Shown piece by piece: positions 1 through 13,390 of a DNA stretch of 64,000 nt (its first letter is position 1; each line of letters begins with the position of its first letter). The DNA comes from the human T2T-CHM13v2.0 reference genome, Homo sapiens. The notes beneath the pieces were generated by a model. It saw only the letters and a program-made list of their open reading frames with translations. It was not told where the DNA came from and ran no database searches. Both the position numbers and the translations under genes were made by a program. Location of the stretch: assembly GCF_009914755.1 (NCBI RefSeq), contig NC_060934.1; one strand, written 5' to 3'.

Positions 1-304
1 GTCTGTGGAAAGGTTCTTACTAATTCAGTTAGTCAAATCTTAGGGAGGCTTTAGCATAGTCTGAAGTCACTTTAGAAGCCCTTCTCTGTGGGCCATGGTA
101 AACACAGATGTTGCAGAGGCTTCTTGTAGCTTTGCTGTGGTGCCTGTTGGCAGCACTTCCAGGCCTTAGGGTGCTGTTGTGCGCCTAACACTGCTGACCT
201 TATAATATTATAAGTGGCCAGTCACTTGCCCCCTTCGCTGGGAGGAGGGAGGCGTCACTGGAGTGACTTTACCTCCTCCTCTTCTGCACACTGTCTGACG
301 AGGA

Positions 305-352
305 GCGGGGCCTGCACACAGCCAGTGCTTAATAAATATTTGTTGCATGAAC
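305..352 (+). mobile_element. L2 3'-tail fragment
   Basis: gcctgcacacagccagtgcttaataaatatttgttgcatga resembles the L2 terminal consensus. Confidence 0.55.
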
Positions 353-3300
353 AGTTCTGTAGTGCAGCCCTTATCAGTGACTTAGTTGGGAAATCTCTCA
401 TTATTTCTGCCGAGAGGGGTTTGGAGAGTAGCATGGCCCCATGAGACTACTGAGGTAGAACTATGCATTAGGAGAACTGACTTCTCCAGGGAACAGTTGA
501 ATTTGAAATTCTGAAAAAGAATCACATGTGATACATACTTGATTTTTGCTTTGATTGATTTTTATCTGAAGGGTCCACTTTTTGGGGAGGTAGCCATCAA
601 GGAGTATTGAGAAATGTGTCTTATTTGAATGTGACTTCTCCGTTTCTTGGTCAGTCCTCTGAGTTCGTCAAATGAATGCTTGTGTGAGTTCTTGAATTCC
701 AAAAGGCGTGGGTGATGAGAAAGGCCGGGATGGAGCTTCGGAGACCCCGAGTGTGCATTTGGGCTGCCTGGCTGTGAAGAGAAGACCTGTTTAATGTGTT
801 AGGAGTTGGATTTCATGCAGATAGCTTGGAAGTTGCAGGAAGGGCTCTGATGACTCCAAACACAACACAGCTACCCCATGTCTTCCCTTGCGCTATGAAG
901 CGCCGCCTCCGAGGGGCACCCGGGGGTCCTGGCTGGCTTATTGGGGTGTCCTTTGGTTACTTACTCAGGGCACTGTTTTAAAGTCAGGACTGTTGGTGAC
1001 GCAGGTGTTGTACTTTTGTATCAGCGCTGTAACAGAACAGTTGACATGCCAAAGTAATAAAGTAATAAAGCCACAGTGCTGCCTGTTTCACAGCTGTTCA
1101 TTTTCAAAGATCTGTTCTCGGTACCTTGACTGAGAAGCCTGGGTTCCAAGGAAGGGGCTGCCGTCCACAGGACTCCCTCTCTGTGGACACACAGGCGTGC
1201 TCCTCAGATGTGAACACATTACCTTGAGGAAGCTGCGTTTTAAAAATAGGAAAGGAAACGATCGTCAGTGTTTGATGTCGTGCGGGAAAAGCACTCCCAT
1301 CAGCGCTTTGTGGCCCAGTGTTTTCCACATCGTGTCGTCTTTTCCTTAGTGAAATTTCGGCAGATTGTTATGCAGAAGCGGTTCTGTGTCTCTGTGTGAC
1401 TGGGAGACAGCTGTTCGTCCTAATGAGGATGCCAGCTTCGCGGCGTTTCCGCTGATGGAGACCCGCGGAGGGAGCGGAATGTTCCAGACCAGGCAGTGGT
1501 GTGCGGCGAGGAGGTGCTGCACTGTCAGCTGGAGGAGCACGCTCGGCTGCCCCACACGACAAGATAAATGAGTTTGCCGGAGTTTGGCAGCGTCGGAACC
1601 ATTTCCAGTGCACGGCCGTGCGCGCCAGCCTCCCCATGGGACCTGTGGGCTGAGGGTGCCTTGGAAACTGCTGCCTCTTTGCCAGTTCTTTTTTCTTTTG
1701 ATGTCCGACAATACTTGTCAGGATTGTGATTTATTAAAAACCTAATGTCTTTTAGCATTTCATTAACATGGAGTTAGGCGATCTTTTGTTGAGCCTTTTT
1801 TCCTATTAATTTAGCAGAATGTTCACTGAAACTTAACTTGGCCAAACCTCCTGAAGACTCCAGTTCAAAGAGAAGTTGGGGGCACCTCTCCTCTCATTCT
1901 TCCAGGCTCCCCCAGCAGCCGAAGTCCTCTAAGCCTCATTGTAACCTTCTCACTGAAGCGTGGCAGCGTCTGATTTATAGTCAAGCTCTCATGTTGTTCT
2001 TTATTTTTTTAGATGAAGACTCTGGAGGAGTTACTGGGTTGATTTTGCAGTCTCTCTCCTCTGCCCATGCTGCTCTCGTAACCCGTGCTGCTCTCGTTAC
2101 CCAGGCTGGGCGTTTGCTTGTGTCCTGCCCCGTGTGATGCCGTGGTTTCCAGTTGGGCAGTTTCCCCCCAGGAGACAGTGTTTGTTGTCACCCCTGGGGA
2201 GGGGTCTGCTCTAGTTTCTAATGTGCCTGGGCAGGGCGGCTGCTACATCCACAGGCCAGGATGCTGCACCACAGGGAAGGGCCCCGACCAGACATCAGGT
2301 CCTAGCGGGGGAATAAGTGTCAGCAATCCACACCGCAGCTGTGGGCACCACGACCAGGCCTTTGAGAATGCAGACGTGAAAACGGTCGCCGCCGCATCAT
2401 CCTGACTGTGTTCCGGGGTCTCGGTGTCAGAGCGTGTTGCCAGGTGTTGTTGACGCACCTTGATTCTCAGTAGCTTTGCTGTACTTTGATGTTATATTTT
2501 TAAAAACCTTGTCTTAATGCAGTGGAACTTAGACGTAATTAGGACTCAGCTGGTGTCCACTAAATGAGGAGGATTTTCATAAATGGGCTTTGTGACTGCG
2601 TGGTGCTTCTCTCATCCAGGGCCGCATAGAGCATGAAATCCCATGTCACGGTACAGCTTCAGTGGCTGGGACAACTGGCATTTAACTGGACTCCAGAGTT
2701 CCAAGCAATTTTGATGGACTGGACCTCGATGAGGGTAGATGTGGAAACCAAGCTTTTGGTCCACATTAAATTAGTGATTTGTGACGACAAGAGGACACTT
2801 CCTTCATGGATAGGTGGAAATTCACATGCTTATCATCTCGTAGGTATCTCAGCTGCTTCAGTGAGGGGTGAGGCGGGTTTTGAGCCCCTGTACAGAGTGA
2901 GTGACCCCAGTTTTTGTGCCCTGGGAGACAGTGTAGGGGTCAAGCCTGTGTCTCTCTGAGAAGGCACTGCCCCTGCGTCTCAGGATCTGCCCACTCTGCC
3001 CTGAAGTCAGACCATGCCTTCCTGGGTGGGCCACTCATGCCCAGTTGCATGGCGAGCATGGGGACCCACCCCAGCCCTGAGCCAGGCAGGACGCGCAGCC
3101 CCCTGGCCGTTGCTGAAGACAGCAGTGGATCATGCCTGGATTGTGTGCCCTTAGCTCACAGGGAAAGTAAGGTTTTTATCACATTCTTTTTACTGAACTT
3201 TGCCAGTGAGCAAAGAGGTGATTGAATTTTCTTCTTCAAATGTCATTTTATTATTTGAGTTCTAAATACCTTCTGGCAAGTGCCAGAGACTTTCCTTTGA

Positions 3301-3779
3301 TCACTGGTTAAGGTAATCACCCCAGCCACTGCCAGCACAGCCTCAGCTGGTGAGGACATGATTTCCTCTGCAGATTTTGCCTGGGTTTCTTCAGTGATTC
3401 TCAGTGCAATTCAAGTGATAACATCCTTTGTTTACATGTTTAATCCGATTTTACCACGGGTAAGACTATTTAATATACTTAGCACCATGTCAAACACTTT
3501 TTTTTACATTTCAGAAGAAAAGTTTATGAAAGAGTTTAACATAAACTGATGAAACCTTTCTTCCCCCTCTCTTCTTGTTTTTATGGTACTTTTCATCTTT
3601 AGGGCGTGGGTCTCCCATCTTAGCCATTTCAGGGCCTCTTCGGTTCCTCGAGCCTCTCCCTGAGGGCCACATATTTCAACACATTTGAATTAAAAAGAAA
3701 ACTATTAATTATTATTTTGGATTTATAGAAGCAGGTTCCAAGAGTGGTTGTGATGTTGAATTTTTCTCCTCAAACTTTT

Positions 3780-4280
3780 TAAGATAAAGATTGTGGTTAA
3801 ATATACATAATATGAAACTTACTATTTTAACTGTTTTTATGTGTGTACTTCAGTGGCATTAAATCAATTCACATTGTTGTGCAACCACCAGCACTATTTC
3901 CTATGCTTTTTCATTATCTCAAATGGAAACTCTGCACTTGTGAAACTATTCATGCCCATCCCCCAGACCCCGAGAACCTCTGTTCTACTTCCTGTTTCTA
4001 TGAATTTGCCTAGTCCAGGGATCTTAGATGAGGGGGATTCTTGAAAGTTCATTCATGTCATAGCACGTGTTAGAGTTTCTTTTTTTACGACTGAATAATA
4101 TTCCATTGTGTGTACACGCCGCATTAAATCCATCTGCTGATGGACATGTGGGTTGTTTGCACCTCTTTGGCTGTTGTCAGTAATGCTACTGTGAATTCTG
4201 GTGTGTGGGGCTTCTTGGCTGTTTGTATATCTTCTTTGGGAAAATGTTGATCCAAGTCCTTTGTCCGTGTTTGAATTGTT
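3780..4280 (-). mobile_element. Old L1M (L1MB-like) 3' end
   Basis: Typical motifs cagtggcattaaat..ttcacattgttgtgcaacca, gaataatattccattgt, ttggctgttg. Confidence 0.75.
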
Positions 4281-4307
4281 GTCAGAGTGTTTTTCTCTTA
4301 ACTCCTG

Positions 4308-4451
4308 TGTTATGATTACATTGATTGAGAGTTGTTGTTGGAATGGATTTCTTTTAAATTCTCTGCTATAGACCAAGATATGTTATGATTACATTGATTG
4401 ACAGTTGTTGTTGGAATGGATTTTTTAAATTCTCTGCCATAGACCCAGATG
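4308..4451. repeat. 73-bp tandem duplication
   Basis: tgttatgattacattgattga..gttgttgttggaatggatt..ctctgc.atagacc starts at 4308 and 4381. Confidence 0.9.
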
Positions 4452-4754
4452 TGTAGACATTTGGGCATGTTCTGTCCAACCCTACTTTCTGTAACCTCTC
4501 TTCGTTCCGTTGCCTGTAGATGTGGAATAGAGTAGAATGGACTGTGTGTTTCTGATCCACTGGGAAGAAATCAGTTGTCCTTTTCTTGCACTGGTGGAGA
4601 GGCTTTGGGAGGCGGGAGCAGTTTGCAGAGGAGAGAGCTGTGAGTTTGCGCTTCTCCGACCTCCTTCCCACCCACTTGGTCAGGGTTGTGTGTGGGGTGT
4701 GGTGTCACGTCCTGCACCTGCTGTTGCATCTGACTCTGTGCCCTTTGTTCATAG

Positions 4755-4889
4755 CACTGTGACTTCTGCCGTGTTCACCGTGGGAGACAACGTGGTTTCA
4801 GGCAGCGATGACCGCACGGTGAAAGTCTGGGACTTGAAAAATATGAGATCCCCCATTGCAACTATTCGCACGGACTCTGCCATTAACAG
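4755..4889 (+). CDS. WDR37: WDR37 third-to-last coding exon (WD40 repeat; [45 protein letters not shown])
   Basis: Acceptor ccctttgttcatag|C and donor AACAG|gtaaag; 135 nt, phase 2/2; classic WD40 [12 protein letters not shown] motif; frame-compatible with the next exon; peptide recognised as WDR37. Confidence 0.96.
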
Positions 4890-5195
4890 GTAAAGTCAAA
4901 CTGTTGGTTAAGTAAGTGGCTTAGTTTGATGTGAAAGGATTGATTGTGATTTCATGTTTTATTCATGGAGGTTTAATTGATAGAACCCCGGGAACAATGG
5001 TTTAGGCTCCTTTGTCCTCTAATGCAGTTTCAGTATTCCATGAAAACTTAAACTAACTTAGCCTAAAACCAGGTTGGATCAGTGAGATTTGTAAGAATGA
5101 GAATGACCCGTTTGTGGCAGACATGCAGGGCTTCTCTTGACTTCTTGTGAGGATTGGTCTTGTGTCTGGGTGGGTCTGGTTCTACCATTGAGCAG

Positions 5196-5233
5196 TGTGT
5201 GTGTGTGTGTGTGTGTGTGTATTGTGTGTATGT
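5196..5233. repeat. (TG)n microsatellite
   Basis: Direct reading. Confidence 0.95.
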
Positions 5234-5436
5234 GCATGGGGTCTGTGTGATCTTGTAGCTACGTGTGAGTAACTTGGTCTCTTTTGAATACCGTAAGCAG
5301 GTGGTACACGCAGTGTGTTCATGTAGTCGGCCTTGAAATGTGAATAATATGGAACCTCCTGCTTCATTATCTGTCAACTCAAAAACTTACAGTGTCACTG
5401 TTTCATGCACAACCCACTTTTACCTCTTCTTTGCAG

Positions 5437-5551
5437 GATCAATGTATGTGTCGGCCAAAAAATCATAGCCCTCCCCCATGACAACCGACAAGTGAGACTG
5501 TTTGATATGTCAGGAGTGCGCCTGGCGCGGCTTCCCCGGAGCAGCCGACAG
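5437..5551 (+). CDS. WDR37: WDR37 penultimate coding exon ([38 protein letters not shown])
   Basis: Acceptor cctcttctttgcag|G, donor GACAG|gtaaca; 115 nt; its first G completes the split AGG (Arg) codon from the previous exon; ends in phase 0. Confidence 0.96.
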
Positions 5552-5748
5552 GTAACAGCACGGTCGGTGAACATATGCAGGGCACAGTGGAGGAGGACGG
5601 GTAGAGATATTTTACATTCTCATTTTCTTACTAAGTCTTTGCATGCTAAGTTTTCCTTGGAAATGCTTGAGCTGTATTTAGAGTTCATAAAATTTAAAAT
5701 TGAAGAAGTAGAGTTGTACACTCAAGTTATTCCACACCTACTTCAGTG

Positions 5749-6036
5749 TTTTTTTTTTTTGAGACAGAGTTTTGCTCTTGTTGCCCAGGCTGGAGTGCAG
5801 TGGCATGATCTCACGGCAACCTCTGTCTCCCAGGTTCAAGCAATTCTTCTGCCTCAGCCTCAGCCTCAATCTCCCGAGTAGCTGAGATTACAGGCATGCG
5901 CCACCACGCCTGGCTAATTTTGTTAGTCAGGCTGGTTAGTTAGTCAGGCTGGTCTTGAACTCCTGACCTCAGGTGATCTGCCCTCCTCCGCCTCCCAAAG
6001 TGCTAGGATTACAGGCGTGAGCCACCGTGCCCAGCC
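5749..6036 (-). mobile_element. AluS (Sp/Sq-like) with rearranged linker
   Basis: PolyT followed by Alu consensus; TSD CAGTGTT; internal micro-duplications cctcagcctcagcctca and gttagtcaggctgg x2. Confidence 0.92.
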
Positions 6037-6650
6037 CAGTGTTCTTAATACCATGATCGGCTTTTCAGTTTACAAATAAAGAAAACATGCAGCTCCTCTG
6101 TTTCACAGGCATGCGGAACGAGCTCTTTGGTGCACGTGTTAGTGGTGGTGGCTCTGTGGGGAAGCCGTCTTAGATGTCTGCAGTTGTGTCTGTGCAGATT
6201 GGAAGTGTTGAGTGGGCATTGTGGCCAGGCAGAAGCTGGGTTGGTTGTAGGCTGGGGGTCTTTAAGGTGGGACCTCTTCCACCTCCAGCCAGAAGAACAC
6301 GTTTCTATGGCAGGCTGTTGCGACAGGAAGAAATATATTTAAATGTTAGTTTCTTGTTAGTGAAGGGTTGCTCCTTGCTAACTTCAGAAGACGGCGGAGG
6401 GAGTTTCTCGCTATGTGCTGTTCAGCCCACCCGTCCTGGTTGCCTGGAAGGCGCAAAGAGAATCGAGACTCCATGGCACCCGCACAGATGCAGAGGCCCA
6501 GGGGGCCTGGGGGCCCGTGTTCAGATTCCCTGGCGGCTCTGCTGTGCTCTGCAGCCGGGCCTCACTATAATGTGGGTGGCGTTTGCTGTTGGCTCTCCCC
6601 TGGGAGGTCACAGGGTCAGCTGCGATGCACAGAAACTCCCCGGGGTCAGT

Positions 6651-7279
<629 letters not shown>

Positions 7280-9324
7280 TCAGCGCAGCAACACCTTTTC
7301 TTCCGGTAGCACAGACTTTCTGGAAATGAGCTTCCCTGAGACCGGGTGTCTCTTCAGTCCCCTTCCTGGCATGAGAGTGCACTGTTTGAAGTTAATTATT
7401 GAGTTTTTACTCCTCGATACACATCCAAATAGTGGAGTAGAAAAATTTCATGAAATTAGAGTGACTAAAATATGCTTCACAACCCTTAACACAGCCATAA
7501 ATTGCTTGTCCTGGGGAAGCTTTTCATGTTTTGTTAACAGCTGAGCATCACTCATGTGTCCTCACAGCTGCATCTTAGACACAGTAGAATGTTCTCTTTT
7601 CAATGTGCCCATGCGGATTTTAAAATTTCTGTGCAGCATGTAAAGTTTGCATTTTGAAACACAAATTCATGAAAACTATTTGTTTATGACTGTGAACTAT
7701 GACTTTATTACTTTGAGAGTATTTTCCCTCAGAAAAACGGAATTCTGAATGGTTCTTCTTGGCCTTAATTCTGTGTAGACAGTTTTATTTTCAGTTATCT
7801 GTGAACATTCAACTTTGTTGATGTTGTAGGATTCTGTTGTGCCTGGGTTTATTCCCTCCTAAAGTGGTATGTGAAATAGATTTATTTTTAAGATTAATGA
7901 ATGTGATTTAACTTTATTTAGAACTTGTAACACCTCTTCAGATAAATAAATGTGGTTTTCAGTGTCACAGAACCCTGCTGGAAATCACTGACTTATATTG
8001 TCCTTACTTCTTCAGCTGACTGACTTGAAAAAGAGAAAACAAAACACTTATTTGAGCCTTTAAGTAGTGGAGTGAAAGGGACTGATTGAAAATATTTCCC
8101 TGTAGTGCTGGAGTAGGTGTCACTTCCCAGCATGAGTTTTGGGAAAGCGAGCTTGGTGGAGAGTCAGGAGGTCCGGGGTCAGGGTTCCTGTGAAGAGCAG
8201 GCTCATTGGGCGTGAGGGTCCCTGCGCAAGGGTCTCTGTGACGTGGAGGCTCACGGAGTGTGAGGGTCCCTGTGATGTGGAGGCCCGTGGGGCCCCGTGC
8301 TGAGCGTCCTGGAGCACATCACGTGCACTGGGGCTCATGACGGCATGGGGCGTCTTCCGGGTGCATCTGCTTCCTGGGTGGCAATGCTGTGGGCGCATGA
8401 GAGATGGAAATCCCATGGGAGCTCTGCCGGAGGTGAAAGCCTGGCTGGCTTTCTTCTGGAAGCTCTTTGGCACTTCTGCAGCGAATGCCTTGAGTTTCAC
8501 TGTGCAGAGCTCTTGCCCACAGCCTTGGTTTTGCCTCCAGTTAGTGGATGCATTGCTGCTTCCTTTTTTGTGCCTTTTGTAACCCTTTGTTATGTGGTCT
8601 TTCTTATAATTATTTTATTTTTCTGGCCTTTTGTGGATGTCTTTCCAGATGTATAAATAGCTATTGTGGTTCTCTCTCCAGATGTATAAATAGCATATTT
8701 ATGGGGGAATATTTTCAGGAGAACTTTATGCCATTCTTTGAGTGTTTCTTAATCTGTCAACTTTACTTAATACTGACTCACTCTTGTACCTGATGCTGTA
8801 ACAGCAACGTATCAGAGCTGTTGTGTAGTTTAGAAAATGCAGATGGGTGCTAAGGCACTGCTTACAGATATTCTAAGTGTTGGCTAAGAGCCTGCATCTG
8901 CTATGTACATACACACCGATATGCTATTGCTCTGTCACATATTTTGCAGTAACTTTTCCAGCATGCTGATATTTAACTGGAATTGCTGAAGATGGCAGGA
9001 ATCTACCTAAAAGGCCATTTATTTATCCTTGTTTTATATGACACCAAATGTATTTTTGTAGTTCCATTATTACTGAAGCCAGTTATTTGTTAAAATGCAA
9101 TTTGAAGTCTTTGAGTGAATATCATTTAATTTACCTCTAAATATCTCCTAGCTTCATTTATTCAAAAATTTCACATTGATCATTTATTTTTTTGTCTGAC
9201 TGTAATCTTACTCATTTTCTTAAAGAAGGACTCATACAGTGCTTTTGGGCGGGTTCCACCAACCCTCGTGCTCACTGGTGTCTCGGCATCACTCATTCTG
9301 GCCTGGCTGCACGTCCTGGCGGCT

Positions 9325-9605
9325 CTGCCGTGCTCGGCGGTCCATGCTCGGCGGTCCATGCTCGGTGGTCCTGCTCAGTGGTCCATGCTCGGCGGTCCAT
9401 GCTCGGTGGTCCTGCTCAGTGGTCCATGCTTGGCGGTCCATGCTCTATGGTCCATGGGGTGCTCGGTGGTCCGTGCTCGGCGGTGGTTGGTGCTCGGCAG
9501 TCCATGATCTGTGGCCCATGCACGGTGGTCCATGATCTGTGGCCCATGCACGGTGGTCCATGATCTGTGGTCCATGCTTGGTGGTCCGTGCTCGGTGGTC
9601 CATGG
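9325..9605. repeat. GC-rich 13/14-bp minisatellite (GTCCATGCTCGGCG) grading into a 28-bp unit
   Basis: Direct reading; ends ~135 bp before the WDR37 last-exon acceptor. Confidence 0.93.
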
Positions 9606-9739
9606 GACTGATCCTGCACACCATGTTGTTTTCCTATAACTTACGTACTTTGAGTGATGTGGTTATTCATTTCGCTGAGGTCTTATAATCTTACTTTCGG
9701 GAATAATGCACTGATTTTGGTTTGTTTGATCATCACTAG

Positions 9740-9871
<132 letters not shown>

Positions 9872-10596
9872 GGACACCGGCAGCCCTTAGTTTCACTGTT
9901 TGCCAGCACAGACCTTTGATGGGTGCAGGCTTTTCTGCGTATTAATCAGCCATTTTTGTGAGAGTTTGACCCTGGAAAGGGTGCTTTGTATATGTTCTTT
10001 TCACATAGTGCCCAGCTTGCATGAAATGTACAGAGAAATGTGTGGTCGTATTTTTTACTTTTGTCTTGTATATGTATGTATATTGGGTCCTCTGGGCAGT
10101 AGAGGCAAAGCTCACCTCCCATGTAGCACATGAAATGCTTGTGAGTTGTTGACATTGGACAGGTGAACAGTAGGGCATTACATTTGTGTGAATTAAATGT
10201 GAACTTCTGTATTACGTTGCGGCGTTGGCAGTCCTGCGTTCCCTGGAGTAACTGTACGTATCTGCCTTTGCTGGGAAGACTGTGGGGCTGCCTGTGTTGG
10301 CTGGCGACCAGCAGGATTGCTCCAGGATTTTGTGTTTACCTCGCGTGAAGTTCAGCACGTGCTGTCGTGTAGTCAGCTTCTACTCTAATTTCTGTTACAG
10401 TTCTGCAAAGGTAACCTGGAGTTTAGAAGTTAAAAAAAAGCATGGGATGTTGGATTTGCACCATTTGGAGTTTCTTTAGGGAAGAAAAGTTTTCTGCTTT
10501 TTTATAGAAAATCATTTCAGTCTCCCGAGGTCTCATGCTAGCAAATTTTGAAATAGGATTCTAATCACTGATTTCAAATATTAAGCAAAATGTAAA

Positions 10597-10604
10597 GCAC
10601 TTTA
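10597..10604 (+). promoter_or_regulatory. miR-17/20/93/106 family 8mer seed match (GCACTTTA); second 7mer GCACTTT at 10834-10840
   Basis: Exact seed-complement strings in the WDR37 3'UTR; the first lies in AU-rich context. Function not shown. Confidence 0.5.
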
Positions 10605-11536
10605 ATTTATAGCTATGGTTATAAACAGGTTTTAGATGTTTCAAATGACTTGTCCACTGAATGTCACTTGACCTTGATAAGAGGCCGCCTGCACACAGAG
10701 CCCAGTTAATTCTCCGCACCTCGGTTGTGTGCTTCCGAATGGGCTCACTCCCGTGGTGGTGTTTGAGAGCCAACAACACTACCTCAGAGACGGGTCTTTG
10801 GGAAACTTTGGGTCTCACTGTTGCCTGGCTGGAGCACTTTGGTTTATAGCTGGAATACTGAGTTCAGTTCAGAAGGCAGGAAAGACAGTCACACCGACGT
10901 GTCCTGAAGGTGTAGGCTCTCCACTTAGGCGCACAAGCTGACGGCTGCAGCCAGCAGGCCCCGGTGACGAGACACTTCCAGGTCTTGTGGTGGGGACGCC
11001 TCTCAGTGCCAGTCCCGCCACTGCTGAGTGAGCCTGGTGTTCTTGCCTTCTTGGAAATTACTGCTCACCTGGTATCTGTACGTTAATGTTTCTTGCTGAG
11101 TTACAGTTTTGATAAAGAGGCTCTCATTTCCTGTGTCTTGTATATTCAGTCCTTTCAATACGTCCACCTGGAGGCTCACCACTTGGAGAGACACAGGAAG
11201 GTAATATTTACAGCTGTCATGTGACATCCCCAGGTCTTTGTGTTTTGCCCTGTTTTACGGTGAGGTAGGAGGGAACCCATCTGGGGACCGGTAGGTGCAG
11301 GTGCAGTAGGACGTGGGACTTTTGGACCCGTCCTTTGGTGCAGCTCGCCAGGGATGAGAGGCACCTCCCTACTTGGGTCTTCAGGAGCTGGTCCAAGGAG
11401 CTTCGAATCTAAGTCATCTAGAATGACCCTGAAATGACTGACAGCCCCGGGCCCAAGAAAAACCCATAACCACCTCAGATGGATCTGACGTGGCTAAGGG
11501 ACAAACAGCAAATATTTCAGTCATTTTGATTTTACA

Positions 11537-11542
11537 AATAAA
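11537..11542 (+). terminator. Candidate proximal WDR37 poly(A) signal AATAAA
   Basis: AATAAA followed directly by GU-rich tgtgttgtgtttttgt. Confidence 0.45.
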
Positions 11543-12209
11543 AAATGTGTTGTGTTTTTGTCCGACATTATTTCCTGACTGCACTGTTCTGAGAATGGAG
11601 TCCACCTGGTCCCTCTGGTTGATTAGAATCTCAGGTTTCAGCTCCTGCTGTCCTGAGCGAACTTGCCTGATGCAGGGCTGTGCTGTGTCCAGATGTTGCT
11701 GGGGCCTCACTTTTTCTCTTGGCTGGAGGTCCAATTGCCAGAGCCTCCCACACTGCACATACAAAGGTCTGAGCCCAGGGCAGCTTCTGGGGCCACTGCA
11801 CAGGCCACCTGCTTGGGTTCCTCGGAGTTTAATTTGAAAGTCTGGGTGTCTTAGGATGATGGTTAGGAACATTGAAAAATGGCTGCAAATAGCCAAATCA
11901 AACTTAAGAACCAGATCTCTGCCAGATTAAACATTTTTGAAGCTTTTAAAAGTCAATATTCCTAGTGGCCACTGAGTTCCAGGCACACTGGTGCCCTTTA
12001 CTGCCACAGCTGCTCACCTTGTCTGGCAAACTGGAGGGACCTCAGAAACTGGACTCCTGCATGTCCTTGGGGGCGCAGCCCTGTGGTGCTCAGGCAGAGC
12101 TCTCAGGAGCCGGGGCACCTTGCTGTTCGCTGCTGTGTCGTCTTCTAATGTGAGCTCATCCACTGCTGCTGCAGCGTGGTGATCAGGAGTCACAGACAAG
12201 ATCGGGGAT

Positions 12210-12250
12210 GGTGTGTGTGTGTGTGTGTGTGTGTGTGTGCACGTGTGTGT
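12210..12250. repeat. (TG)n in WDR37 3'UTR
   Basis: Direct reading. Confidence 0.95.
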
Positions 12251-12660
12251 GGCTAAATTAAGTCATACTGTCAACCACACGTGATCTCGTCTGAAACAGT
12301 GTTTGGAAGTGGGAACAGTTTTGTCCTGTATGCTGATGTGTCCAGAATTTCATTTAATGATAGACGGAAAATGTGTGGTTACTGAAAACTGTATATGATA
12401 CAGAATTTCATAAGAGCCATGCTGTTGGGCAAAGCAACTCTTTTTCAACCACTGCTCATCAGTTTCTGTAGAGACAAAAACTCTGTACATATTTTGGAAT
12501 CTGAAGAATCCTATGTAAATCATTTGTTACTTAAGTCTGTGAAAAACATATTTCTTTGGAGGAAAATGTATGCATTTATAAGTGTTCCATGGAATCAGTT
12601 TTTATTGTATCGATATAATTGTCTCTAAGTGTTGACTGTCTTCATTGCAATATGAAATTC

Positions 12661-12666
12661 ATTAAA
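12661..12666 (+). terminator. Candidate main WDR37 poly(A) signal ATTAAA
   Basis: ATTAAA with several upstream TGTA elements and a downstream tttgtgttattggg / T-rich tract. Confidence 0.65.
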
Positions 12667-13140
12667 ATGTCCATGTTCCATAATTACTATTATAAAAGCT
12701 TTGTGTTATTGGGAGTCTTATTATTTTTATAGTTTTTCATGTTTTGCTTTGGTGAAACATTGTGAATGACTATATAAACATCACGATGAGCTAGAAATTG
12801 AACAAATATAATACTGGTCACTCGAAAAATTTTTAGACTTAAAAAGTCAGTTGTGTTTTGTGTCTGTCTCTTATGCTAACATTAAACAATACATAATTAT
12901 GTTGCTTCATCCCTCATCAGGAGCCTGAAAACTTCCAAAAGCGTTAACAGTTTGACATAATTTTTGGTAAAGTTCCTCAGTATAATAAAATGCTCATACC
13001 GTTCTCATTGCAGTAAGCTTGTTTGAAAGTTAAAAAAAAATACAGTTACAGAAAGTAGGTGCCATTTTCTGTGGGAGAATGCAAACCAGACTGGGAGTGG
13101 CTCCTGGGGGCTCCTGGTGCATGGCCATGTCTGACCCACG

Positions 13141-13390
13141 CGTGGAGGCTGAGGCTGTGGCTGAGGCCATGGCTGAAGCTGAGGCCGAGGCTGAGACCAG
13201 GACTGGTGCTGTGGCTGTGGCTGAGGCTGAGGCCTAGGTTGGGGCTGAGGCTGGGGCTGGGGCTGAGGCTGGGGCGGAGGCTTTGGTTGAGGCTGTGGCC
13301 GAGGCTGAGACCAGGGCTGTGGCTGTGGTGGTGGCTGAGGCTGAGGCTGAGGCCCAGGCCGTGGCTGTGGCTGAGGCTGAGGCTGCTGCG
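13141..13390. repeat. (GGCTGN)n hexamer array with 114-bp higher-order period
   Basis: GGCTGA/GGCTGT/GGCTGG units; ccgaggctgagaccagg at 13185 and 13299. Confidence 0.92.

Larger units (their letters stand above)
9872..12690 (+). other. WDR37: WDR37 3'UTR (end approximate)
   Basis: Follows the stop codon; few interspersed repeats; AU-rich terminal block with ATTAAA at 12661-12666 and U/GU-rich sequence downstream. Confidence 0.8.

Noticed and set aside
4537-5881. ORF-track extensions 4537-4893 and 5405-5881 as full coding regions
   Set aside because: Only the splice-bounded parts are WDR37; the flanks are intronic or Alu read-through.
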